From assembly GCA_951406725.2 (NCBI GenBank), contig OX597824.1, forward strand, positions 4,588,001 to 4,652,000: DNA of 64,000 nucleotides, written 5' to 3'. Made by a program: the position numbers and the translations under genes. Below are positions 39,239 through 52,524 of the stretch, piece by piece. The stretch comes from Octopus vulgaris. Taxonomy: Eukaryota. Positions within the stretch are counted from its first letter, which is position 1; every line of letters begins with the position of its first letter. The notes under the pieces are model-generated. The model was not told the DNA's origin. It ran no database searches and saw only the letters and a list, made by a program, of their open reading frames with translations.

Positions 39239-40019
39239 TTAAACATTTGATTTGATGAAGTTTCTAACAGAGAAAAATAGAGATATAAATTGTACCAAAA
39301 TCAAAAAAAAAAAAATGCAGAGCATCAGCATAAAGTAGTTAAGCCATCTAAGAACAACTTCTCTGATACTGGTGGCACAACAAAATGTCAATGTTATACA
39401 ATGATCGGTGTTAGAAAGGGTTTCTAGGCATTAAAAAAAATCCAAAAGTAAAAGAACATAGAGCCAAGAGAATTCTTTAGACACTTCTCTAATGCTAGTG
39501 TCACAATAAAATGCAGCTGGACCACATGGTAAAGTGGTTAGTGTTGCTTACAGAAAACAGACAGCCTTAGAAAAACAAGCGTAAAATGATGATGATAATG
39601 ATGTTGATGATGATGATGATGATGGTGATATTCTTTTCTGCATAGTCTTGTGGCTTAAATGCCTTTTTTCCCCGCACCTTAGCCGGTTGTTTTTCCACAG
39701 CTGGATATCTTACCTACTGCTGCTAAATTTCCCATTCAAACAGGAATTGAACCTGCAAATTATATGTGGAAATTGTGCTATGATTACAATAACTAGAACA
39801 TTATTTACAAAAATAAATGGCAAAGTTTAAACACAAGAGTAATAAGTTTTATATACACATGGGCGGTAAATGTGTATAAATCCATACACACACAACATCT
39901 GAATATCTCATCTGATATTTACCTATTATGTTCACATAATCAATTAATGATATCAGGTACTATATTTATATTAATGTGCGTGAGATATACTGATATATAT
40001 CAGTATGCATGTATGGAGT

Positions 40020-40381
40020 CATTCACACACACACACACACACATATATATACATACGTACGTATATATATATATACATATAAATATATACATATATATTC
40101 ACATACACATATATATACACACATATATATACATACACATATACACACACATATATATATATATATACACATAAATATATACATATATATATACACACAT
40201 ATATATATACATATATATACACACATATATATATATACGTATATACATATACACACATTTATATATACACATATATACATATATATACATACATATATAC
40301 ACATATATATACATATATGTACACACATATTTATACACACACATATATATACACATATATGTACAAACATATATATACACA

Positions 40382-40416
<35 letters not shown>

Positions 40417-40424
40417 TATATAAA

Positions 40425-40512
<88 letters not shown>

Positions 40513-40520
40513 CATACATA
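40020..40520. repeat. Compound (TA/CA)n microsatellite
   Basis: Direct reading. Confidence 0.95.
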
Positions 40521-41015
40521 CACAAGCAGACACATGCATAGACACATATGTAAAATGTTTCAACAGATCTGGCTGGTTTCATAAACAGATTTAATGCACC
40601 TAGATGTATAAATCTGTGTAATATACTTATGCAAAGATACATACATTGGCGTAATATCACATAACTATAGATAAAACAACTTCTATTATCTAATTATCGA
40701 TCCTACCACATGTGTGACAAAGAATTTGAGATATGAAATGTTTCGCCCTGTCAGCCGAAATTGAATATTGATTTATAACACAATATATATGTTTCTTTTT
40801 CCTTTTTTTTTTTTTTTTTTTCATTTCTTACCCCCCCCCCCCACACACACACTACACGTACGTTTATTTTCTTTTTTTTTTTTTTTGTTATTTAGTTATT
40901 TAGATACTTTCTTTAGTTATTTCATTCTGAGATGATATTCAATTGTAAACAATGGTGAATTTTGTTAGTGTTATTATTCTTAGCTGTTGTTTTTGCACTT
41001 GCTGCGGCTTTTCAA

Positions 41016-41466
<451 letters not shown>

Positions 41467-42020
41467 AGAGGAAGAGAAGGATAGTAATTTTAGTTGGTTT
41501 TTGCTACATTTGTTGTTGTTGTTGTGGTGGTGCTGAAGATGACTGCTCTTGTTGCTGTCATGAATTTACTGTTCTTTCTGTTTGTATAATTATTTGTAGT
41601 GGCTGTTATTGCTGTTGTTGTTGTTATTCAAGTGTCAGTGAAGCTAGTTGCTGAGATAGTAGAGGTGGTGGCAAGGTTATTGTTCTTGCTCTTCTTTTTT
41701 TTATCGGTGTTATATTTTAGTTGTTGTTGTTGTTACTGCTGCATTATTGGTTTTCATGTTTTTTTTTAGCCTCAGATCAAACCATGGTTGAGCGAGTCTA
41801 TTATCAAAAGCACATCAGCTATGACCAAACCTTTTTTCACCCTTTTCCTATTGTCTTTGTATATCTAGGACTACATTGACTTATGTGTCCTTCCATTTTT
41901 TTTTAAAACAGTAGAATGTAATATAAGGTAATTTAGCAGCTATTTCTAGCAGGTGGTGCACTGTGCAAGGATCTTGTTATTGTCTTATTTTTCAGGTGCC
42001 TGTCATAGCAATGGTTGTTG

Positions 42021-42214
42021 TTAAGCAACAAGATGGGTAAGGGTGATTAGGTGATGGTCTAGGGCTTAGGGGCAGGAGACCCCAGACCTTGGAAAAAAAA
42101 ATCTTTGATCATCTTATTGTAGTCGAGGGCTCTTCGTTGACACCTGACACCACTGGGAGATGGCCCTTGAAGTCGCTGGAAATGGAGATCTCCAGGTCTA
42201 AATTCTTGAACGGC
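42021..42214. mobile_element. 194-bp insertion flanked by a perfect 26-bp direct repeat (probable retroposed fragment)
   Basis: GGTGCCTGTCATAGCAATGGTTGTTG at 41995-42020 and 42215-42240; the insert is more GC-rich than its flanks. Confidence 0.7.
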
Positions 42215-43999
42215 GGTGCCTGTCATAGCAATGGTTGTTGCTATTAATGATGTTATTATTGCTGTGTCTCTTGGAGTTGTTGCCATGACTCTTGCTGCAG
42301 CTATCATTCTTGTTAATGCTGTTATCATTGTCATTTCTGTTTTAGTTATTGCTGTTCTTTAGCCCCCAGAATAATATTAATCAAGCAGTCCTGTGATCAC
42401 ATGCATTCCAGCCATGACTGTCCCATACAGGTATCTAGGACAACATTATCTAAAAGTGTACTTTCTGTTTTTTTAAAGCAATAGGATGTGATTTGAGGAA
42501 TATATGACTGCTATTTTTAGGAGGTCAATTGACTGCATAGAGGCTCAATGATGTTGTTGTCAGCACTGTAGCTATTTGTTGCTGTTGTTGCAATAAAGGA
42601 AACTTTTGTTGATGTTGTTGTTATTGTAAATTGTGATTTAGTTACTATTTTAATCAATGCTATTATTTATCTCTAATCGAGTTGTCCAATGATCAGAGAC
42701 AATCCAGTCATGACCATCCCATATTTTTCTAAATTACAAAGGCTCAGAATCAAATTATCCAATATATAGTTCTTTTGTAGGTGGGGAGTGATTGTAAGGG
42801 AATTTGGTTGCTATTTCTGGTAGATCATATGACTGCATAGAGGCAGCCTTTCAGCTGCCTTTGTTGATACAACTGTTAATATTACTATTACAAATTTCAT
42901 GTACTCCAACCACCAAATCCACTACCATTACTACAGCAACAAGAACAACCCTGCTACTGTTACTACTTCATCTATCACATCATTCCACCATCTTCCCACA
43001 CCAGTTGTTCTAAAATTATTGTAGAATCAGTTTTTTTCCTTTGTTTTTGCATTTCTGTTTTTCCTTTTTCTCCATCCCCTTTAGTTAGAATATTTTATTT
43101 TTATTTTTTTGATTGTTTTTGTTTTTTCCTCATAGTTTATATAAAATTTAAGCAAAAACTAATGTTCCATGAAAAACTCCCACTTTACCTTATTAAAAAA
43201 CATTAAGTATTCTCTGAATTTGTGGCGATAAGTATAGCTTCAGAATTCTGATGATTACCAAACTAAACATTAATCGCACAAAGGCTATAGATGTGTAATG
43301 TAATAATGTGAATTAAATGCTTCAAGTTCCCTCAAGGGGCTTTTAAGGACTGTTGCTTATCTTTGGGTTGCTGGTGTTAAAACAGATAAGATAAATCCCC
43401 TTCCATCCCCTCAATAGGATGCCAAGCAATCTATTTTAGGCCCTTTAACCTAGAGCTGGTACCAAATTTACTTCATGTTAAGATACTGTTTTTCATGGAC
43501 AGCTTGCCAGGAGCCAATAAGGAAATCGCTAAGTGGTCACTTGACATACTAGAAATAACAACTAAATTTTCTTCACACCATCCTACCACCACCATCACCA
43601 CCACCACCACCCACCTCTGTCTTAGAATAGGAAGGAAAGGACATGCTAGATAGTGTACTCCTAGGTATATGTAAAAAAAAAACCTGAGTACGGCTGGAAT
43701 GTCTTTTATCATAATTCTGCAAGATCAGAACTGACCATGATCTAAACCTCAACAACAGCTAGTCTATCACAGATCTGTGTTTCTCCAACTGACCACTCCA
43801 AATATTTTAAGTAGGTATGTCTCTTCTATTTTTTAATTATTATAAATCTTCCACACAGAGTGAGGAGCTGGTTTCCAACAAAGATACAAAGCTCCATCAT
43901 TGCAATGTCGATAACAAAAACAATGTCACATTTTAAACTTGAGAAAAGTCTTGCATATTTTTACTGTTCCATTCACAGTTGGTTGCTTGTTTGTTTGGT

Positions 44000-44305
44000 A
44001 TACTCTTTTACTCTTTTACTTGTTTCAGTCATTTGACTGCTGCCATGCTGGAGCACCGCCTTTAGTCGAGCAAATCGATCCCGGGACTTATTCTTTTGTA
44101 AGCCCAGTACTTATTCTATCGGTCTCTTTAGCCGAACCGCTAAGTGACGGGGACATAAACACACCAGCATCGGTTGTCAAGCAATGCTAGGGGGACAAAC
44201 ACAGACACACAAACACACATACATATATATATATATACATATATACGACAGGATTCTTTCAGTTTCTGTCTACCAAATCCACTCACAAGGCATTGGTCGG
44301 CCTGG
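44000..44305 (-). mobile_element. 5'-truncated young composite SINE
   Basis: Near-identical to 20350-20650. Confidence 0.85.
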
Positions 44306-44691
44306 ATGTATATATATATATGTCTTAAGAGACAGAAGAATTTAAGACTCAGTGCTCAACTTTAATTGTTGACTTGAAACAAATGAAAAGTATCACACGG
44401 GTAATCTGTCTTAGATACTGTTCTTGTAGTTGTTCTCAAGAGTGACAAAAAATGGTGCCAATAGACTTGATTAGTTTGCTCCAAATCACTACAAAATAAC
44501 ATAATTACATTTAAAATGTAAAACTGTGAGCTTGTAATTTAATATTATATTCAATCCGCCAGCTCACATCTAGTGGGACTAATGCTGAATTTGATCTCAA
44601 GTGTGTGATTTAACAAACTGCTATGTGGGACATCCAGTCTGCTTGACAATACTTGAAAAGTATCTTCATTTCTTTATTCAACCTAGTACAC

Positions 44692-45068
44692 ATCATCATC
44701 ATCATCACCGTTTAACATCTGTTTTCCACGCTGGCATGGGTTGGACGGTTTGACTGAGTCTAGGAAGCTGATCCAAGGTACTTTTGAGTGGGCTGGTTAT
44801 GCAACACTAGTGTAGGTTACAGCTGTGAATTCACTATATTTGCCGGGTCTTCTCAGTCACAGCATACCTCCAGAAGTCTCGGTCTTTTTTGTCATTGCTT
44901 CTGTCAGGCTCAGTGTTCGAAGGTTATGCTTCGCTACTTCATCCCATGTCTTCCTCCAACTGTTTGGGAGTGGCACTTCTTCACACAGCCCTCCTCGTCC
45001 ATCCGTAGTACATGACCATACCAACGCAAACGTCTCTCTTGCATGTCACATCCGATGCTTCTTATGTG
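44692..45068 (-). mobile_element. RTE LINE 3' end with 3'UTR and (GAT)n tail
   Basis: MQERRLRWYGHVLRMDEEGCVKKC, then 3'UTR ending aacccatgccagcgtggaaaacagatgttaaacggtgatgatg. Confidence 0.85.
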
Positions 45069-45466
45069 TAACATTTCTCTCAGGGCGCTTACACATATTT
45101 GTTGAAAGGACTTGAACTCGTTATTAAATAATATCAGTCCCAGTAATCATTTACGTATTTTTATTAACAGTTTTGCTTAACGAGGAAAAGCCATGCTGAT
45201 TACTGTTTTGTAATGTCTCCAGCACTAATGGGGGAAAAGAAGAAACAAACAATGTACAATGTCGGAGGAGATAGCAGCTTGAAATATTAGGTTATCTTAA
45301 TAACCATGGTCCAAATAACTGCAACAGAGTGGAATCTTTAAAAGCCACCCAAGGCCCAACTGGGTGGCTTATTAACAGATCCAGTCCATCTGATGAGCTT
45401 CAACCTAATTTTACAAGTCTTGAAAATGGTAAGAACACCAGGCAAAATGCCTAGTGGCATTTTGTC

Positions 45467-45744
45467 TGTACATTATTTACATTGGATAGATAGGTGTCCT
45501 CACCTAGGTTTTTGTCACCACAATGTTTCGGCTGATGTACTCTCCAGCCTTCATCAGGTGTTCTGGTGGAATTTCAAATCCAACCCTTTATTTGACTAAT
45601 TGAGTACACTGTTCTCATTCCTAAGGTATTTTTTACTGATGCTATTAATATTATTATTATTATAATTATTATTATTTATTCAAGTCACTGCCTAGGATTG
45701 AACCTGGAATCTTGGGGTTAGTAGCCTGCACTCTTAACCCCATG
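45467..45744 (-). mobile_element. Second copy of the tRNA-headed hammerhead SINE
   Basis: Reverse complement collinear with 19375-19609: head ggttaagagtgcaggctactaaccccaagattccaggttcaatcc, (AAT)n, ccttaggaatgagaac, hammerhead, tail aatgtaaataatgtaca. Confidence 0.8.
45518..45563 (-). ncRNA. Minimal type I hammerhead ribozyme core
   Basis: Minus strand CAC-CUGAUGA-A-GGCUG-gagaguaca-U-CAGCC-GAAA-CAUU-GUG. Stem I CAC/GUG, stem II 5-6 bp, stem III ACAU (probably ACGU before CpG decay). Confidence 0.7.
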
Positions 45745-46269
45745 ACTTTATGATTTTTATGTTCTAAGTTCAAATTCTACCAAGGTTGACTTTGCCTTTC
45801 ACACTTTCAGGGTTGATAAAATAAGTACCAATTGGGCATTGGGGTTGATATAATCAACATAACCCCTGCTCTGAAATTGCTGGCCTTGTACCAAAATTTG
45901 AAATCAATTTTACAAAGCTTGGATTGATTCAAGTCTATGGTAGAAAATATTTTCCCATGGTGTATTGCAATGGGATCAAACCCAGAACCTTGAGATTTAT
46001 AAGTAAACTTCTTCACCACACATTCATGCTTGTGTCTATGTATTCTTACTTTAATGCGTTTACCTTTTCACTAACACAGAGCTTATTTCTCAGCCTATTC
46101 TTATTTCTCAGTCTAATCATAAAATTAGAAAAAAATTATATCATACCCACAGGCATAGATGTGTGGTTAAGGTGTTTGCTTTGTAACCACAAGCTGTTGT
46201 TCCCAAAATTTGTAGACTTGTAACAATGTGAGAAATCATTTTATGCTGCTGTTGTTGTTGTTGTTGGTA

Positions 46270-46494
46270 ATATTATTATCACCACCATCATCATCATTAT
46301 TATTACTATTATTATTATTATTATTATTACTATTACTATTATTATTACTATTATTATTACTATTACTATTATTATTACTATTATTATTACTATTATTATT
46401 ACTATTATTATTACTATTACTATTATTATTACTATTATTATTACTATTATTATTACTATTATTATTATTACTATTATTACTATTATTATCATCA

Positions 46495-46555
<61 letters not shown>

Positions 46556-46582
46556 CCTTATTATTATTATTATTATTATTAT
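46270..46582. repeat. (TTA/CTA)n microsatellite
   Basis: Direct reading. Confidence 0.95.
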
Positions 46583-47251
46583 TGAGTGAGAGAGCAGTTC
46601 ATGCCATCAAAGTGACACTGGGGTAAAATATACGAAACCCAATATACCCATCATGACTACCCGTCTGATAAAGGTACACCAGGCACATGCATCACAACCA
46701 TATGTGCGCGACATGGTGATCTCATATCAAGATAAACAGCACATGACCTTGCAGGTGGGGCCCAGTTAGAATTTTCTTCAGGTTGAGTAGCCCATCCCGC
46801 TCAAACGGTCCCTGAATAAGGGTTGTTTAAGGATGTTGAAAGAACCACCCATGTTTCCAGAGGTGAATTATTCAAACCCCAAAGAATCCCTCTCAACACA
46901 TGGCTATGATGCTCCCCCACTACTTCTGCTCATGATCAGAGATGCACATATCGTCAGCCACTAAGGGACATGCTCAACTGGTTAAGGTCAAACAACTGAC
47001 AAGCAAATCTGTGGTATTGAGCAGAATATTTGCTGTAGCCCATCTTTTATACCAAGACAAAACAATGTACATGATAACACTTCCAATCAGTTAAGATCAG
47101 AAGCCATGAGAGCCACTGCCTGGTACTGCATCAGGGCATTGCCTGGTACTGCATCAGGGCATTGCCTGGTACTGCATCAGGGCATTGCCTGGTACTGCAT
47201 CAGGGCATTGCCTGGTACTGCATCAGGGCATTGCCTGGTACTGCATCAGGG

Positions 47252-47253
<2 letters not shown>
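46583..47253. mobile_element. ~670-bp TG...CA-bounded element embedded in (TTA)n
   Basis: Sharp boundaries with (TTA)n on both sides, balanced base composition, no ORF. Confidence 0.6.

Positions 47254-47254
<1 letters not shown>
47117..47254. repeat. Six perfect tandem copies of the 23-bp unit TGCCTGGTACTGCATCAGGGCAT
   Basis: Direct reading. Confidence 0.95.
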
Positions 47255-47297
<43 letters not shown>

Positions 47298-47342
47298 ATT
47301 ATTATTAGGTTTTGTGCCCATAATACATTGTTATTATTATTA

Positions 47343-47461
47343 CGTTTCAGTGCTACACTGTGTTACCTGTTTAAGGTTCCACACTGTATCCATGCATGTT
47401 TAGATCCTGGGAACCCAGACCAAGTAACCTTAAACAGGTAACACAGTATAGCACTGGACAG
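47343..47461. mobile_element. Small foldback MITE (Tc1/mariner-like)
   Basis: 31-bp inverted arms 47348-47378 and 47426-47456 with one mismatch, degenerate extension out to TA on each side. Confidence 0.7.
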
Positions 47462-48144
47462 TAATTTTGTTGGCTTGCAGTATCAAGCTCTACTTCTGCC
47501 AAGGATGTGGAAAGAAGACATTTAAGCACCCACCAGCATCATCGGGATTTCTTTTTCCCTTTTGAAACCAATCTCAGGAGAATTGCAAAGATTATGGGTG
47601 TTGCACTTCTTCCTCCAACCAACACATAAAAACAATCAATATGCTTATGTGTATCATGGCACTAACTATTATCCTGAACCCTAGAGAATGCTAGAAGTTT
47701 TAGTTTTTATATTTTTTGATACCTTTAAAATGTAGGTCTTTGGATTTGGCAGTTCCATATTCATGGTAATAACATCCATTAATTCTTTTCTACTCCTTTC
47801 TTTCCTTGCAGAAGTGAAAAATAGGAACCATTTTCATTTTTCTGTTTTGTTTTCCTCCAGATTACATAAATATTGCACAAGTGACATGTCAGCTGTCTTA
47901 ACCAACTAATCACTTAGGATATATATGATGTCTGACAAGCTGGTTTGGCTCCGATTTCATTAGCTGATGCACATTCTAGCAATTGCTTTCCTATTTTTAC
48001 GATATATAAAAAATGTTGATATCCACTGTTTCCCGAGAGTCTTTTAAAATCTAGTGCTAAGCTCTGATTTCATGGTGTGAAGATGAGGAAAAGCAAACAC
48101 TTGCCTCTCTATATATGCCGACAGTCTATCATCATAATTGTTGT

Positions 48145-48478
48145 TGTCGTTTAACATCTGCTTTCCATGCTGGCATGGGTTGGACGGTTTGAGTTAGAAC
48201 TGATATGCTGGGAGGCTGCACCAGACTCCAATCTGACTCAGTATGGTTTCTACAGCTGGATGCCCTTCCTAACCACCCTTAGAGTATAGTGGGTGCCTTT
48301 TACGTGCCACTGGCATGGGTACCTGTTAGGCAGCACTGGCAGCGGCCATGTTCAAATGGTGCTTTTTACATGTCACTGGCACAGGTGCCAGTCTGGTGGC
48401 ACTGGTATCAGCCATGCTTGAATGATGCTCTTTTACGTGCCACCGGCACGGATGCCAGTCAGATGGCACTGGCATAGA
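48145..48478 (-). mobile_element. SINE with RTE tail and internal tandem sub-repeats
   Basis: Tail gtttaacatctgctttccatgctggcatgggttggacgg; three ggtgc.ttttacgtgccac.ggcac units. Confidence 0.75.
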
Positions 48479-50679
48479 TAATATTCCTAAACGATATGCT
48501 ATCTGTTCCAAATAGTTCTAGATGAAATGAAGTAATACAGAATTAAGTGCTCTGACCACAAACATAATGAAATCATTGTAGTGGATTTAAACTTACAACC
48601 TATGAGCAAGCAGTTCAGTATCTTATCTTCCAAGCCACCTCAGTTGTACTAGTTTTGGTATTGTATGTTTGAAGTAAAATTTAGGTTCAAGTGTAAGGTC
48701 CTCAATTTCAAAGACAGTCAGGAAATTATCGATTGTGGTTTGGAAGCTAGATCAAAGGGTTCAAACAGCTATTTGGGAACCCCTTGCTGCTTGGTAATGG
48801 TGAAGTTATACATTATGATGTTGTGCTTGTTGTTGTTATTGTTGCTGCATCTTTTGCAATCATAATTATATTTCTTGCAGTGCACTTCTTGCTACTGATG
48901 TTGCTCTTGTGACTGATGTTGTTCTTGCTATTGTTGTTGTTGTTGTTAATTGTTAATTCAGCCACCAAAGATATTTGTGTTTTTGTTCTTCAATATTAGC
49001 CATTGTGTTGTTGTTGTAATAATGGAGTTTTTGTAATTGTTGCTGTAGTGATTGTTGCTCTGACTCCTTTTTGTTCTTTCCTACTTTTGCTGTTGTTGTT
49101 GTTGTTGCTGTTTTATTCCAAAAGCTTGTGTTTGTTTTACTGTTATTAGGGACAGTGGTGATGGCCATGGTGAAAGCAATGTTGTTTTTGCTAATGTTGC
49201 TGGTGTGATATGGGGTAGAAAAAAAAAAAGAAAAAAAAAAAAGAAAAACCAGTACTTTTCATTTGTATATTCAATGAATTGGAAATATATGTTCTATGGT
49301 TTCCTCTCAGCAGGGTTCCAGACAATTTATATTCCAAAATGAAGGGACAAAATAGGAATGCAGAAACACACAGGCATGTTCTACAAATATTTTTTTTTGT
49401 TTGCTTTTTGTTCATTATTTTGTGTTTGTTCATTTTCGTAATGGCTGCTTGAACTTCCCTCAGGATTTTTTTTATGTTTTTCATGAATAATATATAGCAT
49501 GAGACTAGTGACAGAAGAAGAAGAAGGAGAAAAAGAGAAAAGCAGAGGTGGTGGGGAGAGCCAAAAGAAAAAAGCTAAATGTAAAATACAACATCAAAAG
49601 AAATGTTTTCGTGCTTGGTTTGAGAGGTAATAACCCTTGGATAAAGGACTAAATTAATCAGAGATAGACTGACGGATGGCTGACATTGTTGTTGTTGTAG
49701 TTGTCGTTGTTGTTGCTTCTGACGTTGCAATCGTTCCTACTGCTATATCACTCAGTTACACAAAGTGACCCAACATTGTTGCCAACTCTGCTGAAACTAG
49801 ATGGAAAAACAGATTGACCAACATTTTCGGCTACATTGGCTCCAAGACAGCCACCAACATCATCATTGGTTTAACGTCCAATATAGCACAATACAACGAA
49901 TCTTTGATTCATCATCATCAGTTTTATATTCACATATCACAACTACTATTAGCTCTTCAACACTCCACCCTGGTTCTATTGCTGGTGTTGTTGTCGTTTA
50001 GTTGCAGGTCAGACATGACTGAACAAGCCTCAAATCAAAAGCAATCAAATATTTACCACCCTGTTGTTTTCTGTATCATAAGCAACACTGCTCAATGAGT
50101 TTTTCTTTACTTAAGAAAGGTGAGTTTGATGAGGGAGATTCAGCTAATATTTCTATCAGCTCAAATGACTCTGTGCCGGTTCCTTCAGTTGTTCATGGCT
50201 CTATCAGTGCTGTTTCTGGACACACAGCTTTTCGTTTTTTTAATTAATTTTGTTTTGTGAATGTAAACCACCCCAAGATAAAATGACAGATAATACTCCC
50301 AGTGTGTTAAACATGTCAGTTGTCAACAACTAAGTAAATGGAGATGCTCAGAACCTAATCTGTTGTTACATACACAACAAAATGGCTGCAGTATATTTAA
50401 TCTTAAGGCATATGAGCAACATTTCCACTTCAACATACAATCTGCAGCCAATCACCTTAATCTATTAATAATTGGATCTGAAGTTGTTTTAATATTACCC
50501 TGTTAGCTGCCAGCATACTGCAATGGAATGGGAAGGGTCGGTGTTTAGTTTGGAGTACAACACATTTTCATCAACAGAATAGGATCTTGCTACTTGAGTC
50601 AACAGGTTGAAATGTTACATCCTCATCCCCACTGCAACTCCTCAATTCCATAATTAGACAATGTTAGGTATGTCCATGG

Positions 50680-52520
50680 TTATTATAGATAGCTAATTTA
50701 TTTCACTTAGAAAGTCCACAAGTAAGCACAAATGTCATTGAATCCTGAACCACACATAGCTACAATTCAAGAAGTATTATTGTTGTTCAGGGCTGAAAAA
50801 CAGGAAATAAGCACTCTTCTTTGCAAGAAACAAAGTTTAACCTCATTTTAGAAAGGACTTCTCACCAAAAGACTTTCACTTTCTCTTTACACCACATACA
50901 TTTACTTTTTTACAGGTTATTTGAGTGAATTCAGATTTTTTGCTTCTTTTGATTTACAAGTATTATGGTGGATAATACCTTAAGTGGTGGGTTAGAATTC
51001 AGTGATATTCATCTATCATTATTTTTTAATGATGATTTAATTAGAAAAGAGAGCTTGGACACAGAGAAAATATTTAAACATTTAACCTTTTTGGTACCAA
51101 CCTACCTGAGATTGCCTTTGATTCTGTGATAAAATCTTCTAGGTTTAAAGTGTTCACAATTAAAAACTTCCATTAAAATTTCCTATTAATTTATGTTACA
51201 AGAACCAGCTTAAAAATGACAAAGTTCTTTTGACAAATTCCTCATTAGTTTATGAATTAACAGAAGCAAAGGCAGTGTATTTCAGTAGAAATATGGTAAC
51301 AAACAGGTTAACGTCACCTATACACACCAGTAGCTATGTGATTCTAACTGGAATTTATATCAAAATGGAGTGATCATTGCATAGATATTTTATTAGTGAT
51401 GTGGGTCTTTCAAAACCTTTGAACTTAAAAGCCCATTGAGTATTTTCTTCAAGTTTTCCCTAAAGAGTTTTTTTTTTCCAGGATGAGTGATGAGACCACA
51501 AGGTATGCAGATCAGCAGGGCAATACAACTTTGATTACATCAATGGAGGAGAGGAAGGAACATTTTAAATGCTTTCTCCAATGATTGTTGTGTAGCTTCC
51601 AAGTTACTGAGACAACTGGGACACAAATTCAGCTCCGAGACAGGAAACTGCTTCCCAAGAATTGATACCTTGTAAATATATATATATATGAAAGCTCCTA
51701 CATGTAATCAACTTACCTATATCCAACGTACCTGGGCAGGTGACATTGATATTACAGGAGGTGAAAATTAACAACAGATAAAAACTACATCCACATTGTA
51801 GACCAATAGCCATTACATCCTATCATTAAGTTTCGTCCATTTTGCAATAGTTTTTTTTGATATATTTTTTTCTTTTGTTCTGGACTAAATGCACTTCTTT
51901 GAAACTTCTAGTTTCTAACAGGATTGAAGGATTTACAGAGGGAAAGCATTACCGTAATTCAAGAGTTGATTCCACAAGAATCCTTAGAGGTCTAATTAGT
52001 ATTAGAATCGGAATCAACCACAACATATTATTTAGGGCAAGCGTGGAGTGAAAAGGCTGATGAGATTATAACTTCCACTAGTGTTATATTTGTAATGTTC
52101 TCGACATTTCTTCTTCTCGCATCAATATATACATATCTGCCATAAACAAGTGACGTGAATATCACAGGCTTGTTATTTCTATCTCAAATTAGGTTTTTTT
52201 GGTGTTCCACTTCAATAACAAAGATGAACCATCATACACAGATATAAAAGACATCCAAAAACATGAATTTATTTACTTGATGTTTTAGACTTAGTTAATT
52301 ACCATAAACACAACACTATAGATCTTCAATTCTAATCATTGTGCTAAGTGAAAAATAAAGATCCTCAATTGGCTAAAATCCTCACTTGAAGCATTCAACT
52401 CAAATATAATTAGCTTTGTTGAAATGGTGCAGCCATAGCCAACATTAGCTTTTAAATCTGTAGCACTGCTAAATGTAATTAATAAGTATTTTACCCTAAC
52501 AAGGATTCTCATGAGGAAAA
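50680..52520 (-). mobile_element. Ancient Tx1/L1-like LINE fragment (copy 2 of 3)
   Basis: DLKANVGYGCTISTKLIIFELN resembles the RT motif GVRQGCPISP.LF; homologous to the 21.1 and 61.9 kb segments. Confidence 0.5.
51086..51307. mobile_element. Older copy of the piggyBac-type MITE
   Basis: TTAA-ccttttttggtacc...ggtaacaaacagg-TTAA; interior collinear with 39027-39238. Confidence 0.75.
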
Positions 52521-52524
52521 TTTT

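Larger units (their letters stand above)
45420..45910 (+). mobile_element. Meta/MESC-like SINE interrupted by the hammerhead-SINE
   Basis: The halves ...aaatgcctagtggcattttgtctgt | ctttatg...aagttcaaattc...gactttgcctttc...gataaaataagtacca rejoin into the 34866 family. Confidence 0.7.

Noticed and set aside
40738-40762. tttcg...tcagccgaaa resembling part of the hammerhead
   Set aside because: There is no CUGANGA box or stem II partner; too short to call.
47117-47254. 23-bp repeats as a CRISPR array
   Set aside because: The units are head-to-tail with no spacers, the context is eukaryotic, and no cas genes are present.
47481-47570. LYFCQGCGKKTFKH, resembling the start of a C2H2 zinc finger
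   Set aside because: There is no in-frame HxxxH, linker or neighbouring finger, and the frame stops soon after.
47871-47892. miR-92-like seed tattgcac
   Set aside because: Only the seed matches and there is no complementary star arm.
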